Positions 46,240 to 56,211 of a stretch of 64,000 bases of DNA are shown here, in pieces. Both the position numbers and the translations under genes were made by a program. The stretch's first letter is position 1; every line of letters starts with the position of its first letter. The notes beneath the pieces are model-generated. The model did no database searches. It was not told the DNA's origin and was given only the letters and a program-made list of their open reading frames with translations. The stretch is from the NCBI GenBank assembly GCA_016186955.1, contig JACPKP010000009.1, positions 97,595-161,594 on the forward strand. The letters are read 5' to 3'. The DNA comes from Candidatus Daviesbacteria bacterium (GTDB lineage: Bacteria > Patescibacteriota > Microgenomatia > Daviesbacterales > UBA10151).

Positions 46240-49200
46240 GTGAAAACCGTGAAAACTATTTACACAGTCTTTGGATGTATCATTTTAAGTTTCATTGTTT
46301 TGAACCTAAACTTATTTACCCCTTCAGCTGCTGCAAAAAGCGACAGGCCAAAACATGCTTCAGGCGAATTGATTATAAAAATGGGAGTCCAAGGTAACAT
46401 TGATGATATCAAGAATAAATTCAGGATAAAAAATTCCAAAAATGTGTTAGGGAAATTTAATTTAAACAATGACAAAATCAAAAAGTCAGGTTTGGACAGA
46501 CTTTATAAGGTTGAGGTTGATGCTAACGAAGATGTTGTAAATTTATCCAGGCAGCTTCAAGCTGATTCAAACATTGAATATGCTGAACCCAACTTTGAAG
46601 TTTCTGCTACTGTCATCCCCAATGACCCTTCATTTAGTTTGCTGTGGGGTTTAAATAATACCGGCCAATCAGGCGGGAAAGTTGATGCGGATATTGATGC
46701 GCCTGAGGGTTGGGATATCAATACCAATTCTTCACAACTTTTGGTTGGCATTATTGATACCGGTGTTGGTTATAACCATCCTGATTTGCAAAGCAATATG
46801 TGGGTTAACCAAGCAGAGCTTAACGGGCAACCCGGAGTAGATGATGACGGGGACGGGTTTGTTGATGATATACACGGCTATGATTTTGCCAATAATGACC
46901 CTGACCCTTTAGATGACCATGGCCACGGGACACATGTTGCAGGAACCATTGGGGCGGTTGGAAACAACGGTATTGGAGTTGCAGGGATCAACTGGTCTGC
47001 AAAAATTATGGCAATTAAATTTCTAAACAGCTCCGGTTCAGGTTATATCGACGGGGCAGTTCAAGCGCTGTTTTATGCCAATATGATGGGTGCAAAAATT
47101 ACCAATAACAGCTGGGGTGGGGGAGGGTATTCACAGGCTTTGGCTGATGCAATTTCCGCAGCCGATGCTGGCGGTAACCTGTTTATCGCTGCCGCAGGCA
47201 ATAGCGCTGCCAACAATGACCTTTACCCTTTTTACCCGGCCTCTTACACCAATAAAAATGTGATGGCCGTTGCAGCAACAGATACCAGTGATAACCTGGC
47301 TTCATTCTCCAGCTTTGGTGCAACTTCTGTCCATATGGCAGCGCCGGGTGTTTCAATTTATTCAACTGTCCCGACCGGCAGCTGTAACTTATGTAACCCC
47401 TCGGGCTATAGATACTTAAGCGGCACCTCTATGGCGACACCTCATGTTGTAGGCTCGGCAGCCTTGATTTGGGCGCATAGTCCTTTATTAACGCACGATC
47501 AGGTTAAAGCTAAACTTATTGCAACTTCTGATAAAATGATTAATTTGAGCGATAAATCAATAAGCGGTGGCAGGCTTAACTTATTAAATAATTTTGAAGA
47601 CGACTCTACTCCGCCCTCCCCTATTGCGGATCTGCAAGTTGCCGGTAGTTCATATAACAGTGTTACTTTAAGCTGGGCAGCAACAGGGGATGACGGCAAC
47701 AGCGGGCGGGCCGACCAATACGATATCCGTTTTTCAACCAGCCAGATTGACTCTCTAAACTTCAATTCTTCACAGAAAATGCCTAATCCACCCCAGCCGC
47801 AGACTGCAGGAACTGCCCAGACAGTAGTTATCAAAGGATTAAGCGAACAGACTGCATATTATTTTGCTATTAAATCAATTGATAATATGGGAAATATGTC
47901 AGATATATCGAACATAGTTTCAGCTACAACTACGGTGTCACGAATTGTTTTTGATGAGGATTTTGAAGCAAGCCCAAGCGGATGGGTAGTTGAAGGGTCA
48001 ACAGGTGATGCTTCAGCAAGCGGGGCTCTATGGCATTTATCAGAACGAAGATTCGCCAGCCCGACGCATGCTTTCTACTATGGTAGGGAAGATACCGGCA
48101 CTTTTGATACGGGATACAGAAATTGGGGAAACTTAATATCTCCGGTGATTGATCTATCAAAGATTTCCAACCCGAGTCTGGTTTTTAAGCATTTCCTGGC
48201 AACAGAAAACGGTGCAGGCTACTTAGTCAATTACGATAGGGCATCTGTTCAGTTATCAGGAGACGGCGGATTACACTGGAGCGAAGTAATGTTAAAGAGT
48301 TCAACTGGAGGCAGCTGGATGACAGAAAATTTAGATTTATCGGGTTTTTACTCTAATTCTTTAATGGTTAGATTTAGTTTTGATTCAGTAGATAGCATGT
48401 TGAACTATTATGAGGGTTGGTTTGTTGATGATGTTAAGTTGATTGGTTCACCCGATATAACCGCTCCTACAGCTAAAATTATCAGCCCAGCAGATAATTC
48501 TCAGGTTACCGCCACAATTACAATTGAAGCAGATGTTTCAGATGACATTGGTGTTACCATGGTGGACTTTTTGGTTGACGGGACAGTTGTAGCCGGGGAT
48601 TCAACAGCGCCATACATGATAAATTACGATACCTCCCAGTTGGCTCAGGGTTCTTCCCATGTAATCACTGCAAATGCATATGATGCCGCTTCTAATATGG
48701 GTTCTTCCGATCCGGTTAACATTCTGATTAAGGATTTAACGCCTCCGGTAGTTTCTTTGACCGCTCCCGCCCCAAACGCTTATATTACAGGGACGGTTAC
48801 TATGGCGGCCGATGCTTCGGATAATGTTGGAGTTTTAAAGGTCGATTTTATGGTGGATGGGAACGTTTATGGAAGTGACGCCACTATGCCATACAGTTTT
48901 GATCTTAATACCTCCGCCTTTCTTCAGGGTACCAATCACAGTATTTCTGCTTATGCCTATGATGAGGCTGGAAATCTGGGTTTTTCCAGCCAGATAAATG
49001 TCAAAATTAAGGATGTAACTGTGCCAACCGCGTATGTTACATTCCCTACAGAAGGCGCAGTTGTTAGCGGAATAATTAATATTACTGCCGATGCTGCGGA
49101 CAATATTGGTGTTACCATGGTTGATTTTCTGGTTGACGGTGTAGTTGTGGGCAGGGATTCTTTTGCGCCGTATAATTTTAATTTTGACACGTCATTCTAT

Positions 49201-50124
49201 CCCCAAGGGTCTGTACATACGGTTTCGGTTTACGCTTATGACCAAATGGGTAATCGTGGGTTTTCTCCGGTTGTAAGCTTTAGAAACAGGGATTTTATTG
49301 CACCGATTGTTAAAATTAGCGCACCGGCCGATAATTCAACTGTATCCGGTATAATTAATCTGGCAGTTGATGCTTCGGATAATGTCGGGGTTACAATGGT
49401 TGACTTCTTGGTTAATGGAGTTGTGGTAGCCCGAGACTCCATTGCACCTTTTGAGGTAAGCTATGATACCACCATTCTTGATAAAGGGAGTTCCTATATG
49501 ATTACTGCAAATGCATATGATGCCAACAGTAATATGGGTTTATCCCAACCGGTAACCTTTAAGGTTGCTGACATAACACCCCCCACAGTTGCAATGACCA
49601 ACCCTTTAAACAATTCCAATATTTCCGGACTAATAAACTTGACTGCTGATGCAACAGATAATATTGGTGTAACCATGGTGGATTTTCTACTTGACGGGGT
49701 GGTAGTTGGTAGAGATTCAATCTCCCCTTATGCTTACTCCTGGGATTCAAACTATTCGGTTGGCCAACATACCTTATCTGCTAATGCATATGATGGGGCA
49801 GGCAATATGAAACCATCGGTGTCTGTCAATGTTACTGTTTTGGATGTCCAAGCCCCTGCAATCACTATCACTAACCCAACAAACAACAGTACCATCAAAC
49901 GAGGGTCAACTACAACTATTACCACAAATACTTCAGATAATGTCGGGGTTGCAAAAGTTGAGTTTTATGTAAATAACGCCTTAAAATGCACTGACACAGC
50001 TGCGCCCTATTCTTGCAACTGGTTAGTCCCTTCTAAACCAAATGTTGTATATACAGTTGTTGGTATTGCTTATGATGGTGCAGGCAATAACTCCGGTGTC
50101 TCGATAAAAACCACCTCAAAATAG
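46240..50124 (+). CDS. Secreted subtilisin-like serine protease (S8) with FN3 and six tandem Ig-like repeats
   Basis: Signal/TM N-terminus, I9-like propeptide, catalytic triad motifs IIDTGV (Asp), HGHGTHVAGTIGA (His), GTSMATPHV (Ser), then six ~93-aa repeats. GTG start. Confidence 0.85.
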   Translation: MKTVKTIYTVFGCIILSFIVLNLNLFTPSAAAKSDRPKHASGELIIKMGVQGNIDDIKNKFRIKNSKNVLGKFNLNNDKIKKSGLDRLYKVEVDANEDVVNLSRQLQADSNIEYAEPNFEVSATVIPNDPSFSLLWGLNNTGQSGGKVDADIDAPEGWDINTNSSQLLVGIIDTGVGYNHPDLQSNMWVNQAELNGQPGVDDDGDGFVDDIHGYDFANNDPDPLDDHGHGTHVAGTIGAVGNNGIGVAGINWSAKIMAIKFLNSSGSGYIDGAVQALFYANMMGAKITNNSWGGGGYSQALADAISAADAGGNLFIAAAGNSAANNDLYPFYPASYTNKNVMAVAATDTSDNLASFSSFGATSVHMAAPGVSIYSTVPTGSCNLCNPSGYRYLSGTSMATPHVVGSAALIWAHSPLLTHDQVKAKLIATSDKMINLSDKSISGGRLNLLNNFEDDSTPPSPIADLQVAGSSYNSVTLSWAATGDDGNSGRADQYDIRFSTSQIDSLNFNSSQKMPNPPQPQTAGTAQTVVIKGLSEQTAYYFAIKSIDNMGNMSDISNIVSATTTVSRIVFDEDFEASPSGWVVEGSTGDASASGALWHLSERRFASPTHAFYYGREDTGTFDTGYRNWGNLISPVIDLSKISNPSLVFKHFLATENGAGYLVNYDRASVQLSGDGGLHWSEVMLKSSTGGSWMTENLDLSGFYSNSLMVRFSFDSVDSMLNYYEGWFVDDVKLIGSPDITAPTAKIISPADNSQVTATITIEADVSDDIGVTMVDFLVDGTVVAGDSTAPYMINYDTSQLAQGSSHVITANAYDAASNMGSSDPVNILIKDLTPPVVSLTAPAPNAYITGTVTMAADASDNVGVLKVDFMVDGNVYGSDATMPYSFDLNTSAFLQGTNHSISAYAYDEAGNLGFSSQINVKIKDVTVPTAYVTFPTEGAVVSGIINITADAADNIGVTMVDFLVDGVVVGRDSFAPYNFNFDTSFYPQGSVHTVSVYAYDQMGNRGFSPVVSFRNRDFIAPIVKISAPADNSTVSGIINLAVDASDNVGVTMVDFLVNGVVVARDSIAPFEVSYDTTILDKGSSYMITANAYDANSNMGLSQPVTFKVADITPPTVAMTNPLNNSNISGLINLTADATDNIGVTMVDFLLDGVVVGRDSISPYAYSWDSNYSVGQHTLSANAYDGAGNMKPSVSVNVTVLDVQAPAITITNPTNNSTIKRGSTTTITTNTSDNVGVAKVEFYVNNALKCTDTAAPYSCNWLVPSKPNVVYTVVGIAYDGAGNNSGVSIKTTSK
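48455..50121. repeat. Six tandem ~280-nt coding repeats (Ig-like domains) within the S8 protease gene
   Basis: Repeated motif ...I(S/T)xPxxN(S/A)x(V/I)(S/T)G...(A/V)DASDN(V/I)GV(T/L)(M/K)VDF(L/M)VDG...Y(A/D) recurs six times. Confidence 0.6.
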
Positions 50125-50126
50125 TC

Positions 50127-52085
50127 TTACCAAAGAGCGGGATATTCTTGGGGGGGGATATACATTTGATCCCCTGGTTTAATACCGAAAGCTTCCACAA
50201 AATAAGGGATGATTGACAAAGCGGCATTAACTCGGACTTCACTGGGGGAATGAGGGTCAGTCTTATATCTTCTTTTGCGTTCTTCCAACCGCATAAGACC
50301 ACATTCAGTCCTGGCATAGCCGATAAAATATCTTTGTTCGGGTGTTAATCCGTCTATAATTTCATTTTCTCCTGTCCGTTTCTGGTATTTTTTGTATGCA
50401 GCAAATCCAATTGTTAAACCAGCTACATCACCAATATTCTCTCCCAGGGTATATTCAGCGTTAACAGGCACACCTTCAACTGAATATTTGCTGTAATGGG
50501 CAATAAAAGCTTTTGAGCCATTTTTAAACCCCTGCTTTACATTTTCCGGCCACCAATCCTGAAGTTTGCCGCTTACATCAAATTTACATCCCTGATCATC
50601 AACAAAATGGGTTAGCTCATGACCGGCGACAGAACCGAATGCCCCATAATTATAAGCCATATCAACGCTAGGATTAAAAAATACATCTTGCAATATTGCT
50701 GCCGGGAAAGTCATTTCCCTCATTTGATCCGCACAGGCATTGACAGTGGTAGGCGCCATGACCCATTGTGTCCAGTCAGCCGGTCCCCCGGCTTCCTTCA
50801 TTTTTCTTTTAAATTCAAACTCTTGAACATTTAAAACATTTTGTAAAAATAATCTTTTATCAATCTTTAGTGCAGAAATATCAATCCACTCATCGGGATA
50901 ACCTAATTTGAAATTAATATTATCGACTTTTTTATATACCAAATTTTTAGTATCTTCATCCATCCAACCTAAATCATTCACGCGGTCTTTAAAGGCGATT
51001 TTTACATCGTTTATTATTATATGTAATATTTTTTTTGACTCTTCAGAAAAGTGGCGCCCAACATATAAAGGACCCAAACTTTCGGTTAATATCCCCGACT
51101 GCATTGCTCCCACAACCTGTTTCCATAGAGGTTTTTGCTCTTTTAATCCCTGAAGGGTTCTACCATAAAAGTCGAATTTTTCAGAAGCAAAATCCTCGCT
51201 TAAATAACTTGCACTATTATTTATGATGTTCCATTTTAAATATAGTTTAATTGCTGAAATCTCTTTTGTTTGGAAAAGGTTATTAACTGTTGTAAAGAAT
51301 GCGGGCTGTTCAATTATAAAATTTTTGAGTTTAGTTGCGCCTATATTGTTTAAGTATTCTTCCCATCCGAAAGCAGAAAATTGAATTCTGGCTTTTTTGG
51401 GAGTATATTTATGATAGTTTTTATCAACTTCCCGCTCTAGTTCTTTAGGAATTGAGGCATTTGCAAGCTCCAGTTCCAGCCCATAAACAACTTCCATCAT
51501 CTTGCCGGCTTCTTCTTGACTATATCCTGCTTTTTTAAACATGGAAACAATATATTCCTGATACTTATCCCTGATTTTTTGCATATCTTTGCTATCCTCA
51601 AGGTAGTAATCTCTATCAGGCAATCCCAGGCCACCCTGATGGATAAAAAAGGTGCTTATATCTGGGTTTTTGTAATCTTTATAAACATAGGGGTTAAACA
51701 GTGGCCCGAAACCCAATGCATGTAATTTAGCTAAAACTCTAGCAACATCAGGGATTGATTTAATCTCTTCAATCTGATTTAGCAATTTGTTCAAAGGGAG
51801 AAGTCCTTCCTTGTTTCTGTTTTCAATATCCATACCACTGGTATAAAAATCACCTATTATTTGTGTGTTGCTGCCTTGTTTAAAATCCGGTGTTTTTTGC
51901 ATATCTTCGCAAATAAGCCTCAATTGATCCAATATTACATCCCTTAAAACATTAAAAGCCCCCCAGCTTGATTCTGAGGGGGGGATAGGGTTTTCGGCAA
52001 GCCACTTGCCGTTTACAAACATAAAAAAATCATCTTGCGGGGAGATTTGCATAATTTCTTTTTGCATGGGACTGATTCGTTCCAC
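50127..52085 (-). CDS. M13 family zinc metallopeptidase (neprilysin/PepO-like)
   Basis: HExxH (VAGHELTHF) and downstream ENIGDVAGL (ExxxD). GTG start. No obvious signal peptide. Confidence 0.85.
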   Translation of the reverse strand: MERISPMQKEIMQISPQDDFFMFVNGKWLAENPIPPSESSWGAFNVLRDVILDQLRLICEDMQKTPDFKQGSNTQIIGDFYTSGMDIENRNKEGLLPLNKLLNQIEEIKSIPDVARVLAKLHALGFGPLFNPYVYKDYKNPDISTFFIHQGGLGLPDRDYYLEDSKDMQKIRDKYQEYIVSMFKKAGYSQEEAGKMMEVVYGLELELANASIPKELEREVDKNYHKYTPKKARIQFSAFGWEEYLNNIGATKLKNFIIEQPAFFTTVNNLFQTKEISAIKLYLKWNIINNSASYLSEDFASEKFDFYGRTLQGLKEQKPLWKQVVGAMQSGILTESLGPLYVGRHFSEESKKILHIIINDVKIAFKDRVNDLGWMDEDTKNLVYKKVDNINFKLGYPDEWIDISALKIDKRLFLQNVLNVQEFEFKRKMKEAGGPADWTQWVMAPTTVNACADQMREMTFPAAILQDVFFNPSVDMAYNYGAFGSVAGHELTHFVDDQGCKFDVSGKLQDWWPENVKQGFKNGSKAFIAHYSKYSVEGVPVNAEYTLGENIGDVAGLTIGFAAYKKYQKRTGENEIIDGLTPEQRYFIGYARTECGLMRLEERKRRYKTDPHSPSEVRVNAALSIIPYFVEAFGIKPGDQMYIPPQEYPALW

Positions 52086-52161
52086 CGGGTCAGTATATGT
52101 TAAGGGGATAAAAAAATCAACGCTATTGCATCCGGGGGTTGGATAAATTTATACTCGGGAT

Positions 52162-53481
52162 GTGGAATTCCCCAAGGGTTTTTTGTTTGGCAGTTCGGTA
52201 TCCCCATATCAGGCAGAAGGTAATATCACCGGGGAGAGAAAAACAGATTGGGATGTTTATCTAAAAAAACACCCTGAAAAAAATTTAAATTCTTCTGATG
52301 GAATAGGACCAAACTGGTGGACTTTTCCTGTTGCTGAAAGTGATTTTGAAAGGCTTCATGACCTTGGTTTAAATGCCCAAAGATTGGGGTTTGAATGGGC
52401 CAGAATTATGCCTGAGCAAGGCAAAATAGATACAAGTTCTATCAAAAGATACCGTAAAATGCATGATTGCTTAGTCTCACTGAAGATGGTCCCTGTTTGG
52501 ACCCTTAACCATTTTACGCTGCCATATTGGGTGGCAGAATTTGGAGGATGGGAAAATCCACAAATAGTTGCAGAATTTAAAAAATATACAGAAATTATGG
52601 TTTATGAATTTGGGGATGTGACGGACTGGATAACAATCAATGAACCAAATCAGATTGTTGATATGGGTTATATTTTTGGCAGCTGGCCCCCCGGTAAAAA
52701 ATTCCGTTTTGATAAACTCCCCTTTCTGCTGAAAAATTTATCAGCCGCACACAAAAATTCATATGAAATTATTAAAAAAAATATTCCCAACTCAAAAATT
52801 GGAGTTGCAAACGCTGTAAAGTTTTTAAAACCTTTCAACCCAAACTCATTTTTGGATCGGAAAGTTACTGAAATTGCAAATTATCTAGAGAATAATAAAT
52901 TGATTGATTTGAGTAAAGACTACACGGATTTTATTGGCTTGAATTATTACCACAGTTATTTATTAAAATTTAATCCGACTTTAAAACTAACCTTGAGAGA
53001 TGATGCAGAAGGGGTGGTAAAGACAGCTCCGTTTTTGGAGACAGTAAAACCGGAGGGGTTGATTTCTGATGCGGGATGGCCGATTACCCCTGAGTTATTT
53101 CATGAACTGTTACTAAACATATATAAAAAATATAAAAAGCCGATTATGATTACTGAAAACGGAATTGCGGATCAAGAAGATAAACTGGGTGCATTTTATT
53201 TTTTATCTCATTTAAGTTCAGAGGCAAAAGCAATTCAAAAGGGGGTTGTAATAAATGGCCATTTTTGTTGGTCATCGGTCGATACAGAAGAATGGATGTT
53301 AGGTTATAAGTATAAATTTGGGTTGATTGGATTAAACTATGTGACAGAAGAAAGAGAAGTAAGAAACCGGGCTAAGCTTTATGGTGAGATTGCAACAACA
53401 GGCAAACTGGATGTACAAAAGTTGTCAGAAAAATATTTAACATTGGAACAAAAACGGGTTTTGGGTAAAATATATTCATGA
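52162..53481 (+). CDS. Glycoside hydrolase family 1 (beta-glucosidase-like)
   Basis: N-terminal FPKGFLFG...YQAEG, acid/base WITINEPN, nucleophile ITENG. GTG start. Confidence 0.8.
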   Translation: MEFPKGFLFGSSVSPYQAEGNITGERKTDWDVYLKKHPEKNLNSSDGIGPNWWTFPVAESDFERLHDLGLNAQRLGFEWARIMPEQGKIDTSSIKRYRKMHDCLVSLKMVPVWTLNHFTLPYWVAEFGGWENPQIVAEFKKYTEIMVYEFGDVTDWITINEPNQIVDMGYIFGSWPPGKKFRFDKLPFLLKNLSAAHKNSYEIIKKNIPNSKIGVANAVKFLKPFNPNSFLDRKVTEIANYLENNKLIDLSKDYTDFIGLNYYHSYLLKFNPTLKLTLRDDAEGVVKTAPFLETVKPEGLISDAGWPITPELFHELLLNIYKKYKKPIMITENGIADQEDKLGAFYFLSHLSSEAKAIQKGVVINGHFCWSSVDTEEWMLGYKYKFGLIGLNYVTEEREVRNRAKLYGEIATTGKLDVQKLSEKYLTLEQKRVLGKIYS

Positions 53482-54347
53482 ATTTTCATACGCCGGTTTT
53501 GGTTGATGAAGTTATTGACTACCTGAATATCCAAAAAGGTTGTTGGTATATTGATGCTACTTTGGGTGGGGGAGGACATACCTGTTTAATTTTAGAAAAA
53601 GGAGGGAAGGTTTTGGGGATTGACCAAGACCCGCAAGCAATATTGGAGGTTGCCAAAAAATTCAATCAAGCGATAGCAGAAAAAAGATTAATTCTCAATC
53701 AAGGTAATTTTGCTAATATAAAGAAAATAGTGAATGATGAAACTATTTCTGGAGTACTTTTTGACCTGGGAGTTTCGTCCTACCAGTTGAGTAGTTTGAG
53801 GGGATTTAGTTTTAGCAAAGATGCCCCGCTTGATATGAGGATGGATCCGAAAATTGGTGTGCAGGCTGCGGATTTGATAAATGGGTTGTATGAGGGTGAG
53901 TTGGCAGACCTTTTTGGGAGATTGGGAGAGGAAAAGTTTGCCAAAAAAGTTGCCGGAAAAATTGTTGAAGAGAGAAAACTGAGAAAGATTGAAACCACCA
54001 AACAACTGGCTGACCTGATAATTTCAGTCAAACACAGAAGGGTACATGACAAAATCCACCCTGCAACCCAGGTTTTTCAGGCGTTAAGGATTGCTGTCAA
54101 CGATGAGTTGAATAATTTAAAAATTGCATTACCTCAAGCGCTGAATGTTTTGGGAAAAGAAGGCAGACTTTTGGTAATCAGTTTCCATTCCCTGGAAGAC
54201 AGGATTGTTAAGAATTTTTTCAGGGTGATGGAGGATAAAGGTATGGTGAAAATATTAACAAAAAAACCAATCACCCCCAGTGAAAATGAAATTTTATCAA
54301 ATCCAAGAAGTAGAAGCGCTAAACTCAGAGCGGTTGAGAAGATTTAA
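53478..54347 (+). CDS. rsmH: 16S rRNA (cytosine1402-N4)-methyltransferase RsmH
   Basis: HTPVLVDEVIDYL...DATLGGGGHT...GVSSYQL. 4-nt overlap with the upstream gene. Confidence 0.9.
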   Translation: MNFHTPVLVDEVIDYLNIQKGCWYIDATLGGGGHTCLILEKGGKVLGIDQDPQAILEVAKKFNQAIAEKRLILNQGNFANIKKIVNDETISGVLFDLGVSSYQLSSLRGFSFSKDAPLDMRMDPKIGVQAADLINGLYEGELADLFGRLGEEKFAKKVAGKIVEERKLRKIETTKQLADLIISVKHRRVHDKIHPATQVFQALRIAVNDELNNLKIALPQALNVLGKEGRLLVISFHSLEDRIVKNFFRVMEDKGMVKILTKKPITPSENEILSNPRSRSAKLRAVEKI

Positions 54348-54348
54348 G

Positions 54349-55149
54349 TCACGGATAAATTGCAGCGATGCCTGAGATATCGCCGTCAGTTAAAGTGTCT
54401 TTTTTAGTTTCCCACCTTGATCCATAACCATACATAGTGTTGTTTACATAAGCTGGGGCGTATGTGTCATCCAAACCCATCCAATGACCCAGCTCATGGG
54501 TCAAAATATCCTGGGTATCATAGGAATTTGGGTTGGCACAATCAGTGTTACTGCCGGACCAACTCCAGGGGTATTGTTTATTAAAAATAGTGTCTTCTTC
54601 GGCAACTTCATTGGTTGCGGTGTAGTACCAGGTGTAAGTAACAGCTAAAGCTGATTGGGATGTTCTCCCCCAGGCGATTATATTTTTACCGTCAAACGCT
54701 TTTCGGTTGATTGTTGTGTTTCCGATGTTGTTAAAAGTAACAGAATGACCAACGTTAGTAGCAGCCCAAGTAGCAAAAGCATTGTTTGCAATCATCACTA
54801 AGTTTGCACTCCCGATGCCCGAAGGTACACTGCCGAGGTTTAAATAGTAGTTCCAGGCGCCGTTTTTCAAATGCCATGGTGTTGCCGGAGTAACAGCTTG
54901 GGAGTTGATGTCTTGTGCATCCAGTCCGCAAGCAAGAGGAGCAGGAGTAGCGCTTGGTTGGGATTGAGGTTTTTGCTTATGGACAAAGACCCGCACCTTC
55001 ATATTGGGATGCTTGGGAACATTATAAACCCCGTCACGCTCAGGTATATCATTGTCGTTGCTAGAATTTTGTGCAAAAACAGGAAAAGCAGCATAAGCCA
55101 ATAGTACTGCCCCTGAAATTAAAGCTGCAAGTTTTGCTTTTTTGTTCAC
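54349..55149 (-). CDS. Secreted zinc metalloprotease with HExxHxxGxxD (snapalysin-like metzincin) motif
   Basis: Signal peptide MNKKAKLAALISGAVLLAYAAFPVFA. Zinc site ILTHELGHWMGLDD with a Met-turn-like NTMYGYG. Confidence 0.6.
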   Translation of the reverse strand: MNKKAKLAALISGAVLLAYAAFPVFAQNSSNDNDIPERDGVYNVPKHPNMKVRVFVHKQKPQSQPSATPAPLACGLDAQDINSQAVTPATPWHLKNGAWNYYLNLGSVPSGIGSANLVMIANNAFATWAATNVGHSVTFNNIGNTTINRKAFDGKNIIAWGRTSQSALAVTYTWYYTATNEVAEEDTIFNKQYPWSWSGSNTDCANPNSYDTQDILTHELGHWMGLDDTYAPAYVNNTMYGYGSRWETKKDTLTDGDISGIAAIYP

Positions 55150-55186
55150 TTAGATTTTAATATGCTACTACAGAAAAATTAGAAGA

Positions 55187-55552
55187 TCAAGCACCAAAAA
55201 ATTTAATCAGATATGGAAGAAAAATCAATATCCCGATAACGGCTGCTGTGACTGAGGCAACCAAAACAGCGCCTGCTGCCACATCCTTGGCTTTTTTGGC
55301 AGCGGGGTGGGTGTCCGGGGTAAAAGAGTTAACAATCTCCTCAATAGCGGTGTTGGTAAGTTCTAGGCCAATGACCAACCCGATTGTCAAAACAATAACC
55401 GCCCAATCTTCCCTTGTCAATTTTAAAATTACACCAAGAATAATTACTACAAAAGCTGCGGAGAAATGGAATTTTAGATGAGGCTCATCCTTGGTAGCTG
55501 TCCAGATACCTTCCAGTGCATGTTTAAAAGAAAGTATGCTCTGTTTCCGCAT
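55187..55552 (-). CDS. dgkA: Diacylglycerol/undecaprenol kinase DgkA
   Basis: Three TM helices. Conserved EEIVNSFTPDTHPAAKKAKDVAAGAVLV region. Confidence 0.8.
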   Translation of the reverse strand: MRKQSILSFKHALEGIWTATKDEPHLKFHFSAAFVVIILGVILKLTREDWAVIVLTIGLVIGLELTNTAIEEIVNSFTPDTHPAAKKAKDVAAGAVLVASVTAAVIGILIFLPYLIKFFGA

Positions 55553-55558
55553 CCTGTT

Positions 55559-55981
55559 TTAAGTATACCAGATCTTTCTGCCCAAATCTGAAGTTTTTTC
55601 AAAGTGGATTTTTAGAGTAGAATCGGGCAGCAGTTTTTCAATTTTTTCCGCCCATTCAATTAGGATTAAATTGTCTTTGTCTTCTAAAATCTCCTTGATT
55701 CCGATACTTTTGATATCTTCAATGATGTCAAGCCGGTACAGGTCTATATGATAAAAAGTGCGTTGGGTTCCGGGTATTTTATGCTGTCTGATTAATACAA
55801 AAGTAGGGGAAATAATCTTTTCCTTAATGCCTAACCCTTTTGCAAACCCCTGGGCAAAGGTGGTTTTGCCTGAACCTAAATCTCCGGTTAGAGCCAAGAT
55901 ATCGCCCTTAAGTTTATATTTTTTAGCCAGATTTTGGGCGATTTTTTGAGTCTGATATGCAGAACTGCTTTTATGAACCAT
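55559..55981 (-). CDS. tsaE: tRNA t6A37 biosynthesis ATPase TsaE (YjeE)
   Basis: P-loop GDLGSGKTTFAQG, ~140 aa. Confidence 0.8.
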   Translation of the reverse strand: MVHKSSSAYQTQKIAQNLAKKYKLKGDILALTGDLGSGKTTFAQGFAKGLGIKEKIISPTFVLIRQHKIPGTQRTFYHIDLYRLDIIEDIKSIGIKEILEDKDNLILIEWAEKIEKLLPDSTLKIHFEKTSDLGRKIWYT

Positions 55982-55989
55982 AAAAATGG

Positions 55990-56202
55990 TTATTGATCAA
56001 ACGGAGGTGTGCGTTTTTGTGAAATACAATCTTTAATAATTTCTTCTTTGGTCCTTAGAGGCCTTCCGAGTTGTTGTTCTAAAGCATCAAATAACAGTTT
56101 ATTGATCTGTTCTGCTTCTTCCGGAGTGGGTGGCTCGACGGTTGCCAAAACTCCATCCCGCTGAGTTTTTAGTTGTGGTTCTTCTTCCATCATAGTATAC
56201 AT
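55990..56202 (-). CDS. Hypothetical small acidic protein
   Basis: 70-aa ORF packed tightly between tsaE and the surface protein gene. Confidence 0.3.
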   Translation of the reverse strand: MYTMMEEEPQLKTQRDGVLATVEPPTPEEAEQINKLLFDALEQQLGRPLRTKEEIIKDCISQKRTPPFDQ

Positions 56203-56211
56203 ATTACCACA

